Positions 61,560 to 64,000 of a stretch of DNA of 64,000 nucleotides are shown one piece after another. Numbering within the stretch: position 1 is the stretch's first letter; each line of letters begins with the position of its first letter. The translations under genes were made by a program, and so were the position numbers. Source of the DNA: Raillietiella orientalis (lineage: Eukaryota); the NCBI GenBank assembly GCA_036172245.1, contig JAYWIR010000042.1, forward strand, positions 124,001 to 188,000, read 5' to 3'. The notes under the pieces are model-generated. The model saw only the letters and a program-made list of their open reading frames with translations, was not told the DNA's origin and did not search any database.

Positions 61560-63800
61560 CCTCAAGGATAAGGACTCAACTTTGCCTCCAGCCGCCGCCC
61601 ATATTTCCAGCTCAGGGAAGCGTGGTATTCCCGTGCAGAGAAGCACCCAGATCAGGGAAGACCAGTGTCCTGCGTTGGACACCATCGTGCGTCAAGTAGT
61701 TTCCTTTACATTGAGGAGCCACCTGGAAACTTCCTGCTTGCAGCTTGAGCACGCTGCTCCCCGCACCAGCGCAGGCTACAGGATCACATGTGGGGAGGTG
61801 CTCGGGATGAGAAGAGTTCCCTCACGCACGAACTCAGTCTCTACGCGAGGAACTCCAACCTCCTCTCCAAGAGACGGCGCGCTATCATCTGGTCAGCGAG
61901 ACGAAACGGAATGTGCAGTAGCAACGGCAAACCGGTGGTCCCCAACGAGCCAACATCGCAGGCTGGTTCTGGACTCCATCCGGACCTGTCGCTCCGGACC
62001 CAGAATCGGGTCATCCTACGCGCTGCTCCCAAGTACGTGGGAACTCGGTGTGGTGTTGGAGGAGCTCGTCGTGGAGGGACGCATCGGCACGAGCTTTGGC
62101 GACAGTGGAATCCCTGTTAGCCTGGATCACGAGGAATTAAGGGACACTCGAAAACCTGAACCAGATGACGATGTGTGCCAGTGCACAACGTAGCCGGGGC
62201 ATGTCTTTTCAGCCATCGGCAGCGATGAACAAGTGTCCATGATGATCACGGATACAGCATCACTCTTTTCGCTGGATGGTGCGTGTGACGAGCTCCAACG
62301 AAAACTTTGAGTAGACACTGCCTCCGCGAGCTTTCTCTGCGGGGGGAGTTTTCTTCAAAGCCTCTTCCGATGTCTCCTGGAGCTGCTGCAACCTGTTCTA
62401 GGCGAACAGAAGTCTTTCGTCCACCGTAGTCCAGGAAACGGAAGGAGTCTGTTGCTCGCTCAGGATCGCGTCAGCTGGTCTTTTAAGCCGTTTGTACCGC
62501 GCTTGGAAACTCGAAATTCACCAGAGGCTGGGTCCCCAGCCGCTCGAGTGCCGGTTCGCCCTCTGTGTGTGGCTCGCGCACCCCGCGTACGTGGAGCTCA
62601 TGGATATGTGTCATCCTCGGTTCACCTCAATGGGAGGACTTCAGTGTGTGGGTGGTGCAAGTCCATCCACATGGATTACCAAACGATTCGAGCGAAAGGC
62701 CATTCTTCCCCTCCCCCCTCCCTCTACGGAAGATATCCCGGTTCTAGCTCCTCCATTGCTATAGCGATGTCTTCGTTTTGTTCAGAGCTTCTGACGAGTG
62801 CTGAGCCACATGCGCTTAGCGACGACCTTCGCACCTCACCGATGCGGTGCAGATGTTCTGCAGAACGAGCGCACGTTGTGATGTATGTAGGTTTTCTCGC
62901 TTCCGCACAGATGCTATCTGGCATCTTTATCGAACGTGCGGGTCCATGCCCTTGGATCTGTTCTTTCCTTCCTTGCCTCGCTCGCCGCCATTGCCCAACC
63001 TGGAGGAAGGAATGGCGCTTTCACTGCTCCTTCCGCCAAGTTGGGCAACAGCAAAGAGGTCGCCTCACAAGACTTCGAGGTCGTGATTCCATGGAAGCTG
63101 GGCTTTTCCGACCACTTCACGAGTCCCCAGTCTTCCGTTTCCCGCACTCGGGGGAGGGAGGGGTAGAGGACGTAGGTGGGACCTGCTCGTCAGGGGGAGA
63201 TCCCGCGGTACCGAGGCGAGCACGGAAGTTAGCAGGCGACCTGAAGGCAACCGTGCATCTTTCCCTCCTTCTCATGCCGAGGAAAGACGCCCAGCTGATC
63301 GCCAAGTACGACTGGTAAACCCACATGCCCTTAGGTGGCTTCCCATGAAAGCTGAAAGCGCTCGTCACCCTGTCCTGGCTCGCTGGAGAGCGCGAACGTC
63401 TGCGCGAATGCCGAACGACGATGGCATGCGATGCCAACTAGCTGTAAGTTCATCCGATGCTTCCGGTCTCCCTGTCAAAGTCCGAACCGGGAGCTGAAGT
63501 CTGCCATGAGGACCGTCCCATGCAGACGAGAGCTGCTGCTCTCTCCTCAGCGTGGCGCCTGCAATGGGATGTCTTTCGTTGGCTTCTAACACGTGCGTTC
63601 GCTACTGAGCGCTGCCGTTTCCACTGTTTCACGCGGATATAACGTGCCAAGGACACTGTGGGTGTTTCGTCTCTTTCGAAAGCACCGGGACCGCTGGACC
63701 CCTGGATTTCCTCTTCCCTATTCCTCAACCAGGTGCAGAAGAGAAGTCCCTCCTTCCAAACGCCATCGCGGGTACAAGGAGGGACTGTGTGCCAAGATGA
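61560..63800 (+). mobile_element. Decayed L1/Tx1-clade LINE ORF2 (RT to C-terminus)
   Basis: Ordered weak remnants: SSGKRGIPV (similar to SPGpDG.p), LVLDSIRT (lD..KAFD), RGIKG (RGvRQG), and a Cys-rich block near 63650. Confidence 0.4.
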
Positions 63801-64000
63801 CGCATTTTGTTCTCGCTGCCTAAAGAAAGAGTCGCTTTCCTTTCCAAGTTCCTCAATACATCCTTCTGTAGGATCCAGATCCATTTGTTATTCTTCTTCA
63901 GACTGACCGCATCCCTCTGGGAGGATGGTGCCTGAAGCTCCAAAATCGCACGGCCTGCCGGTTCTCAGTCTTGCTCTATTCCTCTTCTGAGAGAAATTCA

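Noticed and set aside
1..64000. Most ORFs in the six-frame track as real genes or a prokaryotic operon
   Set aside because: They are Arg/Ser/Pro-rich shadow frames over decayed repeats. The real genes are spliced and no bacterial gene organisation is visible.
1..64000. CRISPR array or rRNA genes
   Set aside because: No regularly spaced repeat-spacer array and no rRNA signature sequence were seen.

Overview
Eukaryotic nuclear DNA from an invertebrate. A cytochrome b NUMT reads in the invertebrate mitochondrial code; an arthropod, possibly a chelicerate, is inferred but not proven. Much of the window is decayed non-LTR retrotransposon debris. Three intron-containing genes can be reconstructed by hand. 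(1) A 9-exon GH29 alpha-L-fucosidase-like gene (15304-29937) has an intact 444-aa frame, but its catalytic nucleophile Asp and other active-site residues are replaced. (2,3) Two CD36/scavenger receptor class B paralogues (43490-45261 and 55491-57344) have 37-77 bp introns, and the second has a near-identical 855-bp inverted partial duplicate. Also present are a frameshifted Ptf1a/Fer1 bHLH pseudogene and long perfect or near-perfect palindromes. The most unusual system-level signal has two parts. Five copies of a ~600-800 bp tRNA-headed element are built from UNCG-capped hairpins. An L1/Tx1-like LINE family ends in conserved stem-loops without poly(A), and its apparent target-site duplications share a CTRTAACYTG motif found in that element. 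Most entries in the supplied ORF track are spurious. All alignments were done by eye and no database search was run.
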